Shown in pieces: positions 9,070-21,236 of a stretch of DNA of 64,000 nucleotides. Each line of letters opens with the position of its first letter. Within the stretch, counting starts at the first letter, position 1. The notes beneath the pieces are model-generated. The model had not been told where the DNA came from and did not search any database. It saw only the letters and a program-made list of their open reading frames with translations. Location of the stretch: the NCBI GenBank assembly GCA_964425305.1, contig CAYRMQ010000001.1:1786-65785 (forward strand), given 5' to 3'. The position numbers and the translations under genes were made by a program. Source of the DNA: an uncultured Anaerolineaceae bacterium. GTDB lineage: Bacteria > Chloroflexota > Limnocylindria > Limnocylindrales > CSP1-4.

Positions 9070-10201
9070 GCAGCGCCGCCGCGCGCAGGAGGCCGACCGG
9101 GCCGCCCCCGTCGACGGCCGGACCACTTGTGCCCGCACCCCCCGCCGCCACAGATGGCTTCTGCCAGAAGGACGCCAGCGTGGCCACGCCGCGCGGCACG
9201 ATCGCGAATCCCAGCCACGCGCCGGCAAGCAGCCCGCCGACGTGGGCGGCGTTGTCGATGTTGACGCCGAACCCGGCACCGAGACCAAAGCCGAGCGCCA
9301 GGTTGAAGGCGATGATGATCCCGATCTGGCCGGTCAGCCCGCGCGCCTGGCGCCCGAGCGCCGGCTTGTGCAGCCACGTCGACACGAGCAGGATCCCGAA
9401 CAGGCCGAAGACCGCGCCGCTGGCGCCGACCGACGGTGCCGCCACGAAGAGATAGCTCGCCACCGACGCGACCGCCGCCGTCAGCAGGTAGAAGGCCAGG
9501 AACAGCACGCGGCCGTACATCGCCTCGACGATGGGCCCGACGATGAACAACGCGTACATGTTGAACGCGAGGTGCATCAGGCTGCCGTGGACGAGGGTGA
9601 CGGTGAACAGTCGCCAGTACTCGCCGCCCACGAGGGCAGCCTTGTCGAGCATCAACAGCGTACCCAGCTCGCCCATCCCCGGACTGAGCATGATGAGCAG
9701 GCTGATCGCCACGGTCACAGCGAGAATGGTGTAGGTCACCATCGGCGCGGCTATGCCACTCGCCCGCGCCCGGCCGAAGTAGCGCTGCGCCTGTCCCTCC
9801 TGGCCCATCTCCTTGCTGAGCCAGCCGAGGCGTGAGGCGATCAGCGTCCGCTCCGCTGGCGGCGCCCGCCGCTCGGCCTCGCGATAGGCACGCGTCGCGC
9901 CGGCCAGGTCGCCCTGGCGGACACGCACGCCGGCGAGCGCGACCCATGCCTGCCAGGCCAGCGCCGTCTCGGGCGCCTGCGTGGCGGCCAGCCACGCCTG
10001 CAGGGCACCCTCTTCGTCGTCGAGGCGGTAGCGCGCGTCGGCCAGTCCGAGCAGTGCCGCCACGTGGTACAGCGGCTCGCGGTTACCCACGACGCGGGCG
10101 AACAAACTCGCGGCCTGCTCGTACTCGCCCTGGTCGGCCAGCTCGCGTCCACGTTCGAGCATGGCCCGCGCGTCGGGCGCCCCCGCTGTTGTGTCGCTCA
10201 T
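9014..10201 (-). CDS. rhomboid family intramembrane serine protease with N-terminal TPR-like region
   Basis: Motifs HGSLMHLAFNM, GASGAVFG (catalytic Ser) and AAHVGG (catalytic His). Confidence 0.9.
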   Translation of the reverse strand: MSDTTAGAPDARAMLERGRELADQGEYEQAASLFARVVGNREPLYHVAALLGLADARYRLDDEEGALQAWLAATQAPETALAWQAWVALAGVRVRQGDLAGATRAYREAERRAPPAERTLIASRLGWLSKEMGQEGQAQRYFGRARASGIAAPMVTYTILAVTVAISLLIMLSPGMGELGTLLMLDKAALVGGEYWRLFTVTLVHGSLMHLAFNMYALFIVGPIVEAMYGRVLFLAFYLLTAAVASVASYLFVAAPSVGASGAVFGLFGILLVSTWLHKPALGRQARGLTGQIGIIIAFNLALGFGLGAGFGVNIDNAAHVGGLLAGAWLGFAIVPRGVATLASFWQKPSVAAGGAGTSGPAVDGGGPVGLLRAAALLIPVVVVGVGLSLTPLWA

Positions 10202-10288
10202 CTGGGCCGAGTCTACCCGCGTCCGCTGTGAGCGACCTTGGCTCGAGCCTGGCTAAGGGCTGGCGCAGGGGCAGCAGCGGGCGTCATC

Positions 10289-13200
10289 ATGGTTCTGATG
10301 GACTGTCGCTCCTGCGGTGCGCAGAACCCCCAGGCGGCACGGTTCTGCCTGTCCTGTGGAGCTGCGCTGGCCGCGGAGCCGCCCGCTCGGCGCGAAGAGC
10401 GCAAGGTCGTAACGGTCCTCTTCGCCGACCTGGTCGACTTCACCGCCCGTTCCGAGAAGCTCGATCCAGAAGATGTCGAGGCGCTGCTCGCTCCCTATCA
10501 TGCACAGCTCCGGCGCGAGCTGGAGCGCTTCGGAGGCACCGTCGAAAAGTTCATCGGCGATGCCGTGATGGCTGTCTTCGGAGCGCCGGTCGCCCACGAG
10601 GACGACGCAGAGCGAGCCATCCGCGCCGCGCTTGCCATCCGCGACTGGGCGCGCGAGCAGGAGGGGCTCGAGCTGCGCATCGGCGTCAACACCGGCGAGG
10701 CGCTCGTCAGCCTCGCCGCCCGACAGGGCCAGGGCGAAGGAATGGTCAAAGGGGACATCGTCAACACTGCTGCTCGACTTCAGGTCGCGGCCCCGGTCAA
10801 CGCCGTGCTTGTAGGCGAAACAACCTACCGGGCGACGCAACGCGCGATCGAGTACCGGCAGGGCGAGCCGGTGAGGGCCAAGGGCAAATCCGAGCCGCTG
10901 TTGACGTGGGAGGCCCTCCAAGCCCGGGCGCGCTTTGGAATCGATGTGCGGCAGGTCGGTGGGGCGCCTTTGATCGGCCGGGGCCGCGAGCTCGACGCGT
11001 TGATCGACGCCTTCAACCGGGCGCGCTCGGAGCGCGCCGCACAGCTCGTCACCCTGGTCGGTGTGCCGGGCATCGGCAAGACCCGCCTGGTCTGGGAGCT
11101 CTTCCAACATCTCGACAAACAGCCAGACCTTGTCACGTGGCGGCAGGGCCGCTCACTGCCCTACGGCGACGGCATCTCGTTCTGGGCGCTCGGGGAGATG
11201 GTCAAGGCACAGGCAGGCATTCTCGAAAGCGATTCCCCCAACGGCGCGGCCGAGAAGCTCGGACGTGCCGTGGAGTCGGCCATGTCCGACGACAGCCAAC
11301 GCGCCTGGGTAGCGGGCCACCTGCGGCCGCTGGTTGGACTCGGTTCGGAGCGCGAGCTGGGCGCTGAGCGCAGGGCCGAGGCCTTTGCTGCCTGGCGCCG
11401 CTTCCTCGAAGCCCTCGCCGAGCAGCGCCCGACCGTGCTTGTGTTCGAGGACCTGCACTGGGCGGACGAGGGGTTGCTCGACTTCGTCGACCATCTGGCC
11501 GATTGGGTGAGTGGCGTCCCACTGTTGCTCCTGGGCACGGCGCGCCCGGAACTGCTCAGCCGCCGACCCAGCTGGGGCGGCGGCAAGGCGAACTCGCTGA
11601 CGCTCTCGCTATCGGCGCTCTCGGACAAGCAGACGGCAGAGCTCGTGCATGCCCTGCTGGCCAGCCCGGTCCTACCAGCGGAGACCCAACAGGCCCTCCT
11701 CTCTCGGGCGGGTGGAAATCCTCTATACGCCGAGGAATTCGTGCGGCTGATAGAGGAAGGACGCGAGGAGATCTCACTCCCCGCGACCATCCAGGCGATC
11801 ATCGCGGCCAGGCTTGATGCTCTGCCGGAGATGGAGAAACAGCTCATCCAGCAGGCGGCGGTGTTGGGCAAAGTCTTCTGGCTGGGTGGCCTGGAGGAGG
11901 TAGCCGGGCGGGATCGCTGGTCGGTCGAGCAGGGCCTCCATGCGCTCGAGCGGAAGGAGTTCGTGCGGCGTGACCGCAGCAGCTCGGTTGCCGGTGAGAC
12001 CGAGTACACCTTCCGTCACGCACTCGTGCGCGAGGTCGCCTACGAGCAACTGCCGCGAGGCGAGCGAGCCGAACGGCACCGGCGAGCGGCGCAATGGATC
12101 GAGTCGCTCGGCCGTGCCGAGGACACGGCCGAGATGCTGGCGCACCACTACCTGGCGGCAATCGAATACGCACGCGCCGCTGGAAAGCCGACGGAGGATC
12201 TAGCCGAACCGGCGCGTACTGCGCTCCGAGCTGCCGGCGAGCGCGCACTCTCGCTCAACTCCTTCTATCCCGCACAACGCTTCTTCGCAGGCGCGCTCCG
12301 GCTGACTGCTGCCGACGATGGCACACGCCCACTCGTGCTCTTCAAGCACGCGACTTCCCTCCATGCCACGGGCGAGCCAGAAGCGGTGGCTGCGCTGGAG
12401 GCTGCCGCGGAGGCGCTGCTTGACATCGGCGATCGAGAACGCGCTGCCGAGGCTCACGTCATGCTGGCCGAGCTCTGGTGGATTGCAGCGAAGCGAGCAA
12501 GGACGGACGCCCATCTTGCACGCGCTCTGGATCTCATTGCCGAGGCTCCGCGCGGCGCGCCTCGTGCGCGTGTGCTCTCCGAGGTGTCGCGCTACCTGAT
12601 GCTTGCCTCCAAGGACAAGGAGGCGATCGAGGTTGGACGCGAGGCGCTCGAACTCGCGCGCGAGTTGGGCCTACAGGAGGTCGAGGCCCATGCCCTCGAC
12701 AACATCGGCGTAGCGCGAATGGCCCAGGGCGATCCCTCCGGTCAAGCAGACCTGGAGCGAAGCATCGAAATCGCACTGGCTGTGAATTCCCCCGAGGCGG
12801 CTCGCGGCTACAGCAACCTCGCCACGGTCCTCGGGCTCATGGGTCATCGTGAGCGTGAACGCGAGCTACGCTCCATGGCGCTCAATGTGGACAGGCGCTT
12901 CGGCCGCACTCGCATAGGTCGCTTCCAGGAAGCGCTCATCATCGCCGACGATTACTGGACGGGGCGTTGGGACACCTTCTTGTCACGCGCCGAGCGGTAC
13001 CTCGACGAAGGGGGCAGGCTGGGACACAGCTACTCGGAGCTCTACCTCTGGGGGCACAAGGCGATGGTCTTCCTCGCGCGGGCGGCCGATGACGACGCGC
13101 TGAGGCACGCGCGAGCCGGGGTTGAGATGGCCCGGGAGGCTGGCGATCCGCAGGTCCTCGGCCCCACGCTGGCACAACTGGTCTTTGTCGAAGCGGAGCT

Positions 13201-13642
13201 CGGAATGGACGACGACGCCCGTGCGCATGGCAGCGAGGCGCTCAAGCTATCTACGGGCTCGTTCCTCCATCGGCCATTGACCCTCTTCGACTTGAGCTTT
13301 GTTGCGCACGGTCTCGCTCTTGCCGACGAGCTGCTTGCAACTCTCGGGCCCAAGCAGCACTCCTCCCGCTGGCTGTCAGCAGCGCAATCAATCGGTCGCC
13401 GGGATTTCCTGCGCGCAGCGACTCAGATAGCCGAGATCGGAGTGCCCCATCACGAGGCGCTCGCCCGTCTGCGGGCCGGCGAAGCATTCATAGCCGATGG
13501 TCGGCAGATGGACGCGAAGAGCCAGCTCGGGAAGGCGCTGGAGTTCTGGCGAACGGTCGGTGCCAAGCGCTATGTCGAGAAGGCCGAGCGGCTGCTGGGC
13601 AACCTGGTAGATCTGGGCAAGAGCCGCACCCGCTCGGCTTGA
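10289..13642 (+). CDS. zinc-ribbon / class III adenylate-guanylate cyclase / AAA ATPase / TPR signalling protein
   Basis: Zinc ribbon CRSCGAQNPQAARFCLSCG, cyclase motifs VTVLFADLVDFT and GDAVMAVFG, P-loop GVPGIGKT, and a long helical-repeat C-terminus. The start could be ATG 10289, ATG 10298 or TTG 10238. Confidence 0.85.
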   Translation: MVLMDCRSCGAQNPQAARFCLSCGAALAAEPPARREERKVVTVLFADLVDFTARSEKLDPEDVEALLAPYHAQLRRELERFGGTVEKFIGDAVMAVFGAPVAHEDDAERAIRAALAIRDWAREQEGLELRIGVNTGEALVSLAARQGQGEGMVKGDIVNTAARLQVAAPVNAVLVGETTYRATQRAIEYRQGEPVRAKGKSEPLLTWEALQARARFGIDVRQVGGAPLIGRGRELDALIDAFNRARSERAAQLVTLVGVPGIGKTRLVWELFQHLDKQPDLVTWRQGRSLPYGDGISFWALGEMVKAQAGILESDSPNGAAEKLGRAVESAMSDDSQRAWVAGHLRPLVGLGSERELGAERRAEAFAAWRRFLEALAEQRPTVLVFEDLHWADEGLLDFVDHLADWVSGVPLLLLGTARPELLSRRPSWGGGKANSLTLSLSALSDKQTAELVHALLASPVLPAETQQALLSRAGGNPLYAEEFVRLIEEGREEISLPATIQAIIAARLDALPEMEKQLIQQAAVLGKVFWLGGLEEVAGRDRWSVEQGLHALERKEFVRRDRSSSVAGETEYTFRHALVREVAYEQLPRGERAERHRRAAQWIESLGRAEDTAEMLAHHYLAAIEYARAAGKPTEDLAEPARTALRAAGERALSLNSFYPAQRFFAGALRLTAADDGTRPLVLFKHATSLHATGEPEAVAALEAAAEALLDIGDRERAAEAHVMLAELWWIAAKRARTDAHLARALDLIAEAPRGAPRARVLSEVSRYLMLASKDKEAIEVGREALELARELGLQEVEAHALDNIGVARMAQGDPSGQADLERSIEIALAVNSPEAARGYSNLATVLGLMGHRERERELRSMALNVDRRFGRTRIGRFQEALIIADDYWTGRWDTFLSRAERYLDEGGRLGHSYSELYLWGHKAMVFLARAADDDALRHARAGVEMAREAGDPQVLGPTLAQLVFVEAELGMDDDARAHGSEALKLSTGSFLHRPLTLFDLSFVAHGLALADELLATLGPKQHSSRWLSAAQSIGRRDFLRAATQIAEIGVPHHEALARLRAGEAFIADGRQMDAKSQLGKALEFWRTVGAKRYVEKAERLLGNLVDLGKSRTRSA

Positions 13643-13704
13643 GGAACCTGTGTGTCCTCGGTCAGCGGGCTGAACCTCAAACTGTGCAGGGAGGCGCTCA
13701 AGGC

Positions 13705-14442
13705 ATGCTGACCATCCGCCGCGACAAGGACATCTACGACACCGAGGGCGGCTGGTTCCGCGCCCGCTGGCACTTCTCGTTCGACCGCTATCGCGATCCC
13801 GAGAACGACAACTTCGGCGCGCTGCGGGTGTTCAACGACGACCGCCTCGTGCCCGGTGCGGTTTGGCCGCTGCACCCGCACAAGGACGTCGAGGGCCTGA
13901 CCTACGTCGTCGAGGGGCTTTTCGGCCACGAGGACAGCGTCGGCGGCGCGTTCGGTCCGCTGCCCGCCGGCTCGGTCCAGCGCATGACGCTCGGCTCTGG
14001 GGCGCTCCACTCCGAGCTGAACGCATCGAAGGACGAGCCGATGCGCTTCATCCAGATGTGGATCCTGCCCAACCAGGCCGACCTGCCGCCCGGCGTCGAG
14101 CAGCGCCAGTTCACGAGGGAGGATCGCGCGAACAGGCTGCTCAAGGTCATCGGCCCCGAGGGCGGCGACGTGGTCAAGGTCCACCAGGACGCGTCGGTCC
14201 ACGTCGCCTCGCTCGAGCCGCGAGTGGACGTGACGCACGAGATCGGCGAGGGCCGCGGCGCCTACGTCTACCTGATCGAGGGCGCGGCCTCGTTCGACGG
14301 CCGCGACGTGGCGACCGGCGATGCGGCGAAGGTCACCGACCAGCCGCGCCTGACCATCCGTGCGCGCGAGCCGTCGGAGCTGATCCTGGTCGACGTGCCG
14401 CTGGAGTTCGAGCCGGTCGGCATCTGGCGCGGCCGAGTCTGA
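13705..14442 (+). CDS. pirin family protein
   Basis: Met23 of ORF 13639..14442 with GGGAGG about 11 nt upstream. HPHKDVEGLTYVVEG cupin motif and a bicupin-sized product of 245 aa. Confidence 0.9.
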   Translation: MLTIRRDKDIYDTEGGWFRARWHFSFDRYRDPENDNFGALRVFNDDRLVPGAVWPLHPHKDVEGLTYVVEGLFGHEDSVGGAFGPLPAGSVQRMTLGSGALHSELNASKDEPMRFIQMWILPNQADLPPGVEQRQFTREDRANRLLKVIGPEGGDVVKVHQDASVHVASLEPRVDVTHEIGEGRGAYVYLIEGAASFDGRDVATGDAAKVTDQPRLTIRAREPSELILVDVPLEFEPVGIWRGRV

Positions 14443-14444
14443 GC

Positions 14445-14999
14445 GTGGCGCCTGACGGCGACGCCGTCGAGCAACTTCCGCACGGCGAGCTGCTGAGCGA
14501 CCGCCTCTCCCTTCGGCGACCCACCACGAGCGACGTCGACGCGATATATGCGATCCACAGCGACCCGCTCGCCTGCCTCCACAATCCGTCTGATGCTCTC
14601 GCCTCCCGCGACGAGGCTGAGCGTCTGTTCGAGCGCTGGAACAGCCACTGGGAGCGCTTCGGCTACGGCTACTGGGTCGTCCGCATCCACGGCGCCACAG
14701 AACCGATCGGCTTCTGCGGATTCAAAACCGTCCACTTCCGGGGACAAGAGACGCTGAACCTCTTCTACCGCTTCAAGCCGGCGTCGTGGGGCAACGGCTA
14801 TGCCAGCGAGGCTGCCAAGCTCGTCGTCCATTGGGCCGCCAGCCAGCTTCCCGGCCGGCCGCTGATCGCCAGGGTCCGCCCCGAGAACGTTGCCTCCCAG
14901 CGCGTCGCCGCTCGCGCCGGGCTCATCCGGACCGAAGATCTCGATGAGGTAGGGCACGACGGCTTCGACTGGATCTACACGGCGAACTGGACCGAGTAG
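14445..14999 (+). CDS. GNAT family N-acetyltransferase (RimJ/RimL-like)
   Basis: GTG at 14445, 2 nt after the pirin stop. Only the last 184 codons of ORF 13863..14999 look protein-like (YWVV, GFCGF, WGNGYASEAA). Confidence 0.8.
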   Translation: MAPDGDAVEQLPHGELLSDRLSLRRPTTSDVDAIYAIHSDPLACLHNPSDALASRDEAERLFERWNSHWERFGYGYWVVRIHGATEPIGFCGFKTVHFRGQETLNLFYRFKPASWGNGYASEAAKLVVHWAASQLPGRPLIARVRPENVASQRVAARAGLIRTEDLDEVGHDGFDWIYTANWTE

Positions 15000-15009
15000 C
15001 CGGCGGTGC

Positions 15010-16299
15010 TCAGAACGGCGCCGGTTGCCAGCCGCCGAGGTCGGCTTCGATCTGCGCGGCGGCAGCCAGCGCGACGTGGTCGAGCCACGGCCCGGCGACG
15101 ACCTGGACACCGATGGGCAGGCCGTCCGACTGCCCCGCCCTGACGACGGCACACGGCCAGCCGGTCAGGCTGAAGAAGGTCGTGTAGCGGAAGTCGACGT
15201 CATCGCCGATCTTCGGCGCCGGCGTCGGGGCAACCGGCGTGAGAATGACGTCCACGCCGGCCAGCCACTCCAGCATCCGGCTGCGGTAGGCATCCCAGTC
15301 GCGCAGCACGTCGTAGAGCTCGAGGCTCGACAGATCGCCGTCATACGAGCGCCAGATCCTGTGGGTCAGCTCGTGACCGCCGTCCGGCAGGCTCCGCTCG
15401 ACGAGCTGCATGCCGGCGCCAGCAAGCGCGGCGCGAGCGTCACCGAGGACAGCGGCCGTCGGCGCGTCCGGCGGGAGGCCACCGGCGGCTGAATCGACGA
15501 CGAGGCGCAGGCCACGGAGGCTGGCCGCCGAGGCATCGGCCAGTGGCACCGGCGCCACGCCGGCGTCGTGACCGTCGGAACCGGCGAGCACCGGCAGCAG
15601 CAGCCCGAGGTCGTGCACCGTCCGCGCCAGCGGGCCCACCTGCGTGCGCGGATCGGCCAGCGCGCCGAGCTGACCGTCGTCGTCGTGGACTCCCGTCAGC
15701 GGCACGCGACCGGCGCTCGGCTTGAGCGTGGCCACGCCGCAGTAGTGCGCCGGCAGGCGCAGGCTGCCCCCGGAATCCGAGCCGATCCCGCAGGCCGACA
15801 TCCCCGCAGCGACGGCAGCGGCCTCGCCACCGCTGCTGCCGCCCGACAGGCGCTCGCGATCGTACGGGTTGAGCGTCCTGCCGAACAGCTCGTTTACCGT
15901 GTCGCCGCCGGAGCCGCCCGGCGGGCAGTTGCTCTTGCCCAGCAGGATCGCTCCGGCGGCGCGCATCCGGGCCACGACCGTCGCGTCACGTTCAGCGACG
16001 GCCGCCGCGCGTTCGGGCATGCCCAGCGTCGTGGGCAACCCTTCGACGTCGATGATGTCCTTGACCGTGAAGGGCACCCCGTGCAGCGCGCCCAGCCGCG
16101 TGCCGCCGGCCAGCTGCCGGTCGGCGTCGGCCGCGCGGTCGCGTACATCGGGGGCGAGCGTCACGACCGCGTTGATGTCTGGATTGAGCGCGTCGATGCG
16201 CGCCAGGTAGGCATCGACAAGCTCGCGCGCGCTGACCTCGCCGGCACGGATCATCGCGGCCAGCCGCGTCGCCGACAGCCCGGCGAGGATCTCAGCCAC
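15010..16299 (-). CDS. amidase (amidase-signature family)
   Basis: GGSSGGEAAAVAAG..GSDSGGSLRLPA signature. GTG at 16299 overlaps the upstream gene stop by 8 nt. The alternative ATG at 16377 would overlap it by 86 nt. Confidence 0.85.
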   Translation of the reverse strand: MAEILAGLSATRLAAMIRAGEVSARELVDAYLARIDALNPDINAVVTLAPDVRDRAADADRQLAGGTRLGALHGVPFTVKDIIDVEGLPTTLGMPERAAAVAERDATVVARMRAAGAILLGKSNCPPGGSGGDTVNELFGRTLNPYDRERLSGGSSGGEAAAVAAGMSACGIGSDSGGSLRLPAHYCGVATLKPSAGRVPLTGVHDDDGQLGALADPRTQVGPLARTVHDLGLLLPVLAGSDGHDAGVAPVPLADASAASLRGLRLVVDSAAGGLPPDAPTAAVLGDARAALAGAGMQLVERSLPDGGHELTHRIWRSYDGDLSSLELYDVLRDWDAYRSRMLEWLAGVDVILTPVAPTPAPKIGDDVDFRYTTFFSLTGWPCAVVRAGQSDGLPIGVQVVAGPWLDHVALAAAAQIEADLGGWQPAPF

Positions 16300-17155
16300 G
16301 GTCGGCCACGTAGCGGAAACCGGTGGCGTCGCGCTCGATGCGGCCGATGGGCCGGTCGGGCTCGTGCGACAGCGCAACGCGCCAGCGCTCGTCGGCCGCG
16401 CGCTCGAAGAGGCGCTGCTTGACGAGCACGCTGTCGAGCGGGAAGTCGTCGAAGCTGGGCAGCCAGGTGGGATTGGCGCTCCACGGGCGCATGCACAGGT
16501 CGCCGAAGAAGGCCACGGTTCCGTGGGCGCCGCGAACGACGATCGCCTGGCTCCCCGCCGTGTGCCCGCCGGCGGCGGTCACCCACACGCCGGGGAGCAG
16601 CTCCCGCTCGCCGTCGGCCGCGTCGCCGAGGGCGAAGTCGCGCACCTGCCGGATGTCGTCCTGGACGTAGCCGGCGACGACGCGCGGGTTGTCGGCCAGG
16701 GCAACCTCCCACTCGGCGCGCTGGGCACAGACGCGCGCCCGCGGAAAGGCCCGACCGCCGGCGCGGTCGAGCAGCCCGCCGGCATGGTCGAAGTGCAGGT
16801 GGCTGAGCGCGACCCAGTCGACCGACGCGGGGTCAAAGCCCGCCTCGCGCAGCGCGGGCAGGATCGGCGAACCTTCGACGCCGCGCTGAATGACGGTCTT
16901 CTCATCCTGCCGCTCGCCCAGGCCGGTCTCGACGAGGACGCGGCCGGCGGGCGTCTCGACGAGCAGGCAGTTGAGCGCCTGGCGCAGCCGGTTGTGCTCG
17001 TCGATCTCGTGCTCGACCAGCGGGTGCCAGTCGCGCCGGGGAACCATCCCGAGCAGCACGCCGGCGTCGGAGCGGAAGTGGCCGGCGACGACGAGCGCCA
17101 GCCGCACCCCGCCGCCCAGGTCGGCGAACCAGTCATGGACGTCGCGCAGCGCCAT
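16292..17155 (-). CDS. MBL-fold metallo-hydrolase
   Basis: Met257 of ORF 16292..17923. HLHFDHAGG zinc motif and a later GGHTAG. Confidence 0.8.
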   Translation of the reverse strand: MALRDVHDWFADLGGGVRLALVVAGHFRSDAGVLLGMVPRRDWHPLVEHEIDEHNRLRQALNCLLVETPAGRVLVETGLGERQDEKTVIQRGVEGSPILPALREAGFDPASVDWVALSHLHFDHAGGLLDRAGGRAFPRARVCAQRAEWEVALADNPRVVAGYVQDDIRQVRDFALGDAADGERELLPGVWVTAAGGHTAGSQAIVVRGAHGTVAFFGDLCMRPWSANPTWLPSFDDFPLDSVLVKQRLFERAADERWRVALSHEPDRPIGRIERDATGFRYVADRG

Positions 17156-17169
17156 GCGCCCGCCGCCGG

Positions 17170-17583
17170 CTAGCCCCGCCGGGGGGCGTGCTCCTCGATG
17201 AAGGCGACGACGTCCGCCGTCGGCGTTCCCGGGGTGAAGACACCCGCCACGCCATGCCGACGCAGCTCGTCGGCGTCGGCGCGCGGGATCGTCCCGCCGA
17301 CCAGCACCAGCACGTCGTCGGCGCCGGCGTCGCGCAGCTGGCGCACGACCTCGAGCGTGTACTCCATGTGCGCGCCCGACAGGCTCGAGATGCCAAGCAC
17401 GTGGGCGTCCTCCTGCAGCACCGCCTCGACCACCGACTCCGGCGTCTGGAAGATGCCGGTGTAGATCACCTCCATGCCGGCGTCGCGCAGGCTGCGCGCG
17501 ATGACCTTCGCGCCGCGATCGTGGCCGTCCAGCCCGAGCTTGGCGACGACCACCTTGATGGGAACAGTCCGTGCCTCGGTCAT
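17170..17583 (-). CDS. cobalamin-binding small subunit of an acyl-CoA mutase
   Basis: 137 aa with the DxHxxG B12 motif (LDGHDRG) and SSLSGAH. It lies 3 nt downstream of the large subunit. Confidence 0.9.
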   Translation of the reverse strand: MTEARTVPIKVVVAKLGLDGHDRGAKVIARSLRDAGMEVIYTGIFQTPESVVEAVLQEDAHVLGISSLSGAHMEYTLEVVRQLRDAGADDVLVLVGGTIPRADADELRRHGVAGVFTPGTPTADVVAFIEEHAPRRG

Positions 17584-17586
17584 CGG

Positions 17587-19252
<1,666 letters not shown>

Positions 19253-19263
<11 letters not shown>

Positions 19264-20746
19264 GGACGACCTCCAGCCGCCCGCTGAGGACGTCGTCGCG
19301 CAGCGTCGCCTTCGAAACCTTGCCGATGCCGGTCATTGGGAAGCCGTCGACGATGGCCGCCGCCCGCGGGCGCTTGTAGGGGGCGAGCCGGTCGCGGCAC
19401 CACGCCAGCAGGTCCGCTGCCGCCAGGCTCGAGCCGGGCCGGCGGACGGCCAGGACGACGGGCGTCTCGCCCCAGCGCTCGTCGGGGACGCCTACGACGG
19501 CGGCGCTCGTGACGTCCGGGTGGGCGACGGCGACGACCTCGATCTCGACCGGCGCGATGTTCATGCCGCCGCTGATGATGAGGTCCTTCAGGCGGCCGGT
19601 AAGGAGCAGGTTGCCGGCCTCGTCGAAGCGACCCAAATCGCCGGTGCGCATCGACCCGTCGGGCAGGCTCCACGTGCGCGGGTCGATGCCCTCGGGCAGG
19701 TAGCCACGCATGCGCGCCGGGCTGGCGCAGACGACCTCGCCCGACTCTCCGGCAGGCAGCGGCCGACCATCACCGTCGACGACGGCGACGCGCGAGCCCG
19801 GGAACGGGCGGCCGACGCTCTCCGGCGCGCCGCGCAGAACCTGTGGCGTGGCAAAGGTGATCGTCAGCATCTCGGTCATACCGTAGAACTCGTACGTCCG
19901 CACGTGGGGCAGCGCCTCCCACCAGCGGCGCAGCAGGGCCGGCGGCATCGGCTCCGACGCAAAGTACAGCCAGCGCAGGTGGGCCAGCCGCGCGTGGTCG
20001 ACGCCGTCGAGCAGCCGCGCCAGCAACGTCGGCACGGCGTCGAGCGTCGTCGCCCGCGAGCACGCCTCCTCGACGCGCTCGAGATCGAAGCGCGGCAGCA
20101 CCTCGAGGGTCACGCCGGCGAAGAGGCTGGGCAGGATCTGCTCCGGGATCGAGGCGAAGAAGGGCAGGAAGCAGAGCATCACGTCGTCGTGCTCGAAGGG
20201 CAGCGCGCGCTCGAGCTCGCCTGCCGCGAAGCGCATCGTGGCGTGCGTCTGGACGGCGCCCTTGGGCGTGCCCGTCGTGCCGCTGGTCAGCAACACCGTC
20301 GCGGCGGCCGCCGGATCGAAGGCCGTCAGCCGGCGCTCGTCGTCGGTCGCCAGCAGCTCGGCGATTGACGCCGTGGGCAGGGCCCGACTGACGGCGTCGG
20401 TCGCCGGCCCCTCCATGTCGCCGACCAGGCAGGCGCTCGCCTCGACCAGCCCGAGCTGGGCGACGAGCTCTGCGGGCAGCAGGAACTGGTTGAGCGGCAC
20501 CGCCACGCAGCCCGCGCGGAGGATGCCGAAGTAGGCCGCCAGGTAGGCGGCGTCGTTTTTGCCGAGGATCCCGATGCGGCTGCCCGCGGCCAGGCCGAGC
20601 CGGCCGACGAGCGAGCCGGCGATGGCGCCGCTGTGCCGCCACAGGTCGGCGTACGTCCACGTGTCCTCGCCGTCGCGCAGGCAGAGCCGCCGGGGATCGG
20701 CGAGGACTGATCTTTCGAGCGCGGCGACGAGCGTCTCCGACGTCAT
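19253..20746 (-). CDS. AMP-dependent acyl-CoA synthetase/ligase
   Basis: Met at 20746 in an ATGA overlap with the hotdog gene stop. AMP-binding motif LLTSGTTGTPKG, plus YGMTE, GDLG, and the C-terminal GKVSK Lys. Confidence 0.9.
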
Positions 20747-21138
20747 TGCTCCCGATTGTCGCGCCGGCCCGAAACGATCGTCGCCTCCGCACGCGCCGCC
20801 TCGAGCGGCGGGTCGAGGACGTTGCCGTTGCCGTCGGCGTCGGCCTCGATGACCTTCCACAGCTCGAGCCCGACGCGCCGGCTCGAGTGGCCGGTCGCGA
20901 CGATGCGCGCGCGGCCCTCGACGTAGTCGCCGACGTGCAGCGGCGCCAGGAACTCGACGGAGTGATATGCGACGCACAGGCCCTCGTCGCCGAAGACCCT
21001 GATCGCCAGCTCGGTCTCGAGGTCGCCGAAGATCTCGATGACGGTCGCGCCGGCGACGAGCCCGCCGGCGTAGCGACCTTCCGTCGGCCCGAGCCGCAGC
21101 CGGATGAGCGCCGTCAGTGCGTCCGCTTGGTCGATCAC
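20743..21138 (-). CDS. hotdog-fold protein (thioesterase/dehydratase-like)
   Basis: 131 aa, GTG start with GAGGAGG upstream. Size and pattern (HSVEFLAPLHVGDYV) are typical of the hotdog fold. First gene of the operon. Confidence 0.65.
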   Translation of the reverse strand: MIDQADALTALIRLRLGPTEGRYAGGLVAGATVIEIFGDLETELAIRVFGDEGLCVAYHSVEFLAPLHVGDYVEGRARIVATGHSSRRVGLELWKVIEADADGNGNVLDPPLEAARAEATIVSGRRDNREQ

Positions 21139-21158
21139 CGCGCCTCCTCGGTTCGTCT

Positions 21159-21236
21159 ATCGATCGGTCGGTAGAACCCACGAAAGGCTATGGCTGAGCC
21201 CGGCAAGCGGTCAACGTTCGTGGCTTACCGATCGAT
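21159..21236. promoter_or_regulatory. long imperfect inverted repeat in the divergent hotdog/TetR intergenic region (candidate TetR operator)
   Basis: ATCGATCGGT (21159-21168) pairs with ACCGATCGAT (21227-21236). CCACGAA (21178-21184) pairs with TTCGTGG (21217-21223). Confidence 0.45.

Noticed and set aside
13863-14999. A 378-aa ORF spanning the pirin gene region.
   Set aside because: The first 194 codons overlap pirin out of frame and are Arg-rich. Only the part from GTG 14445 has GNAT character.
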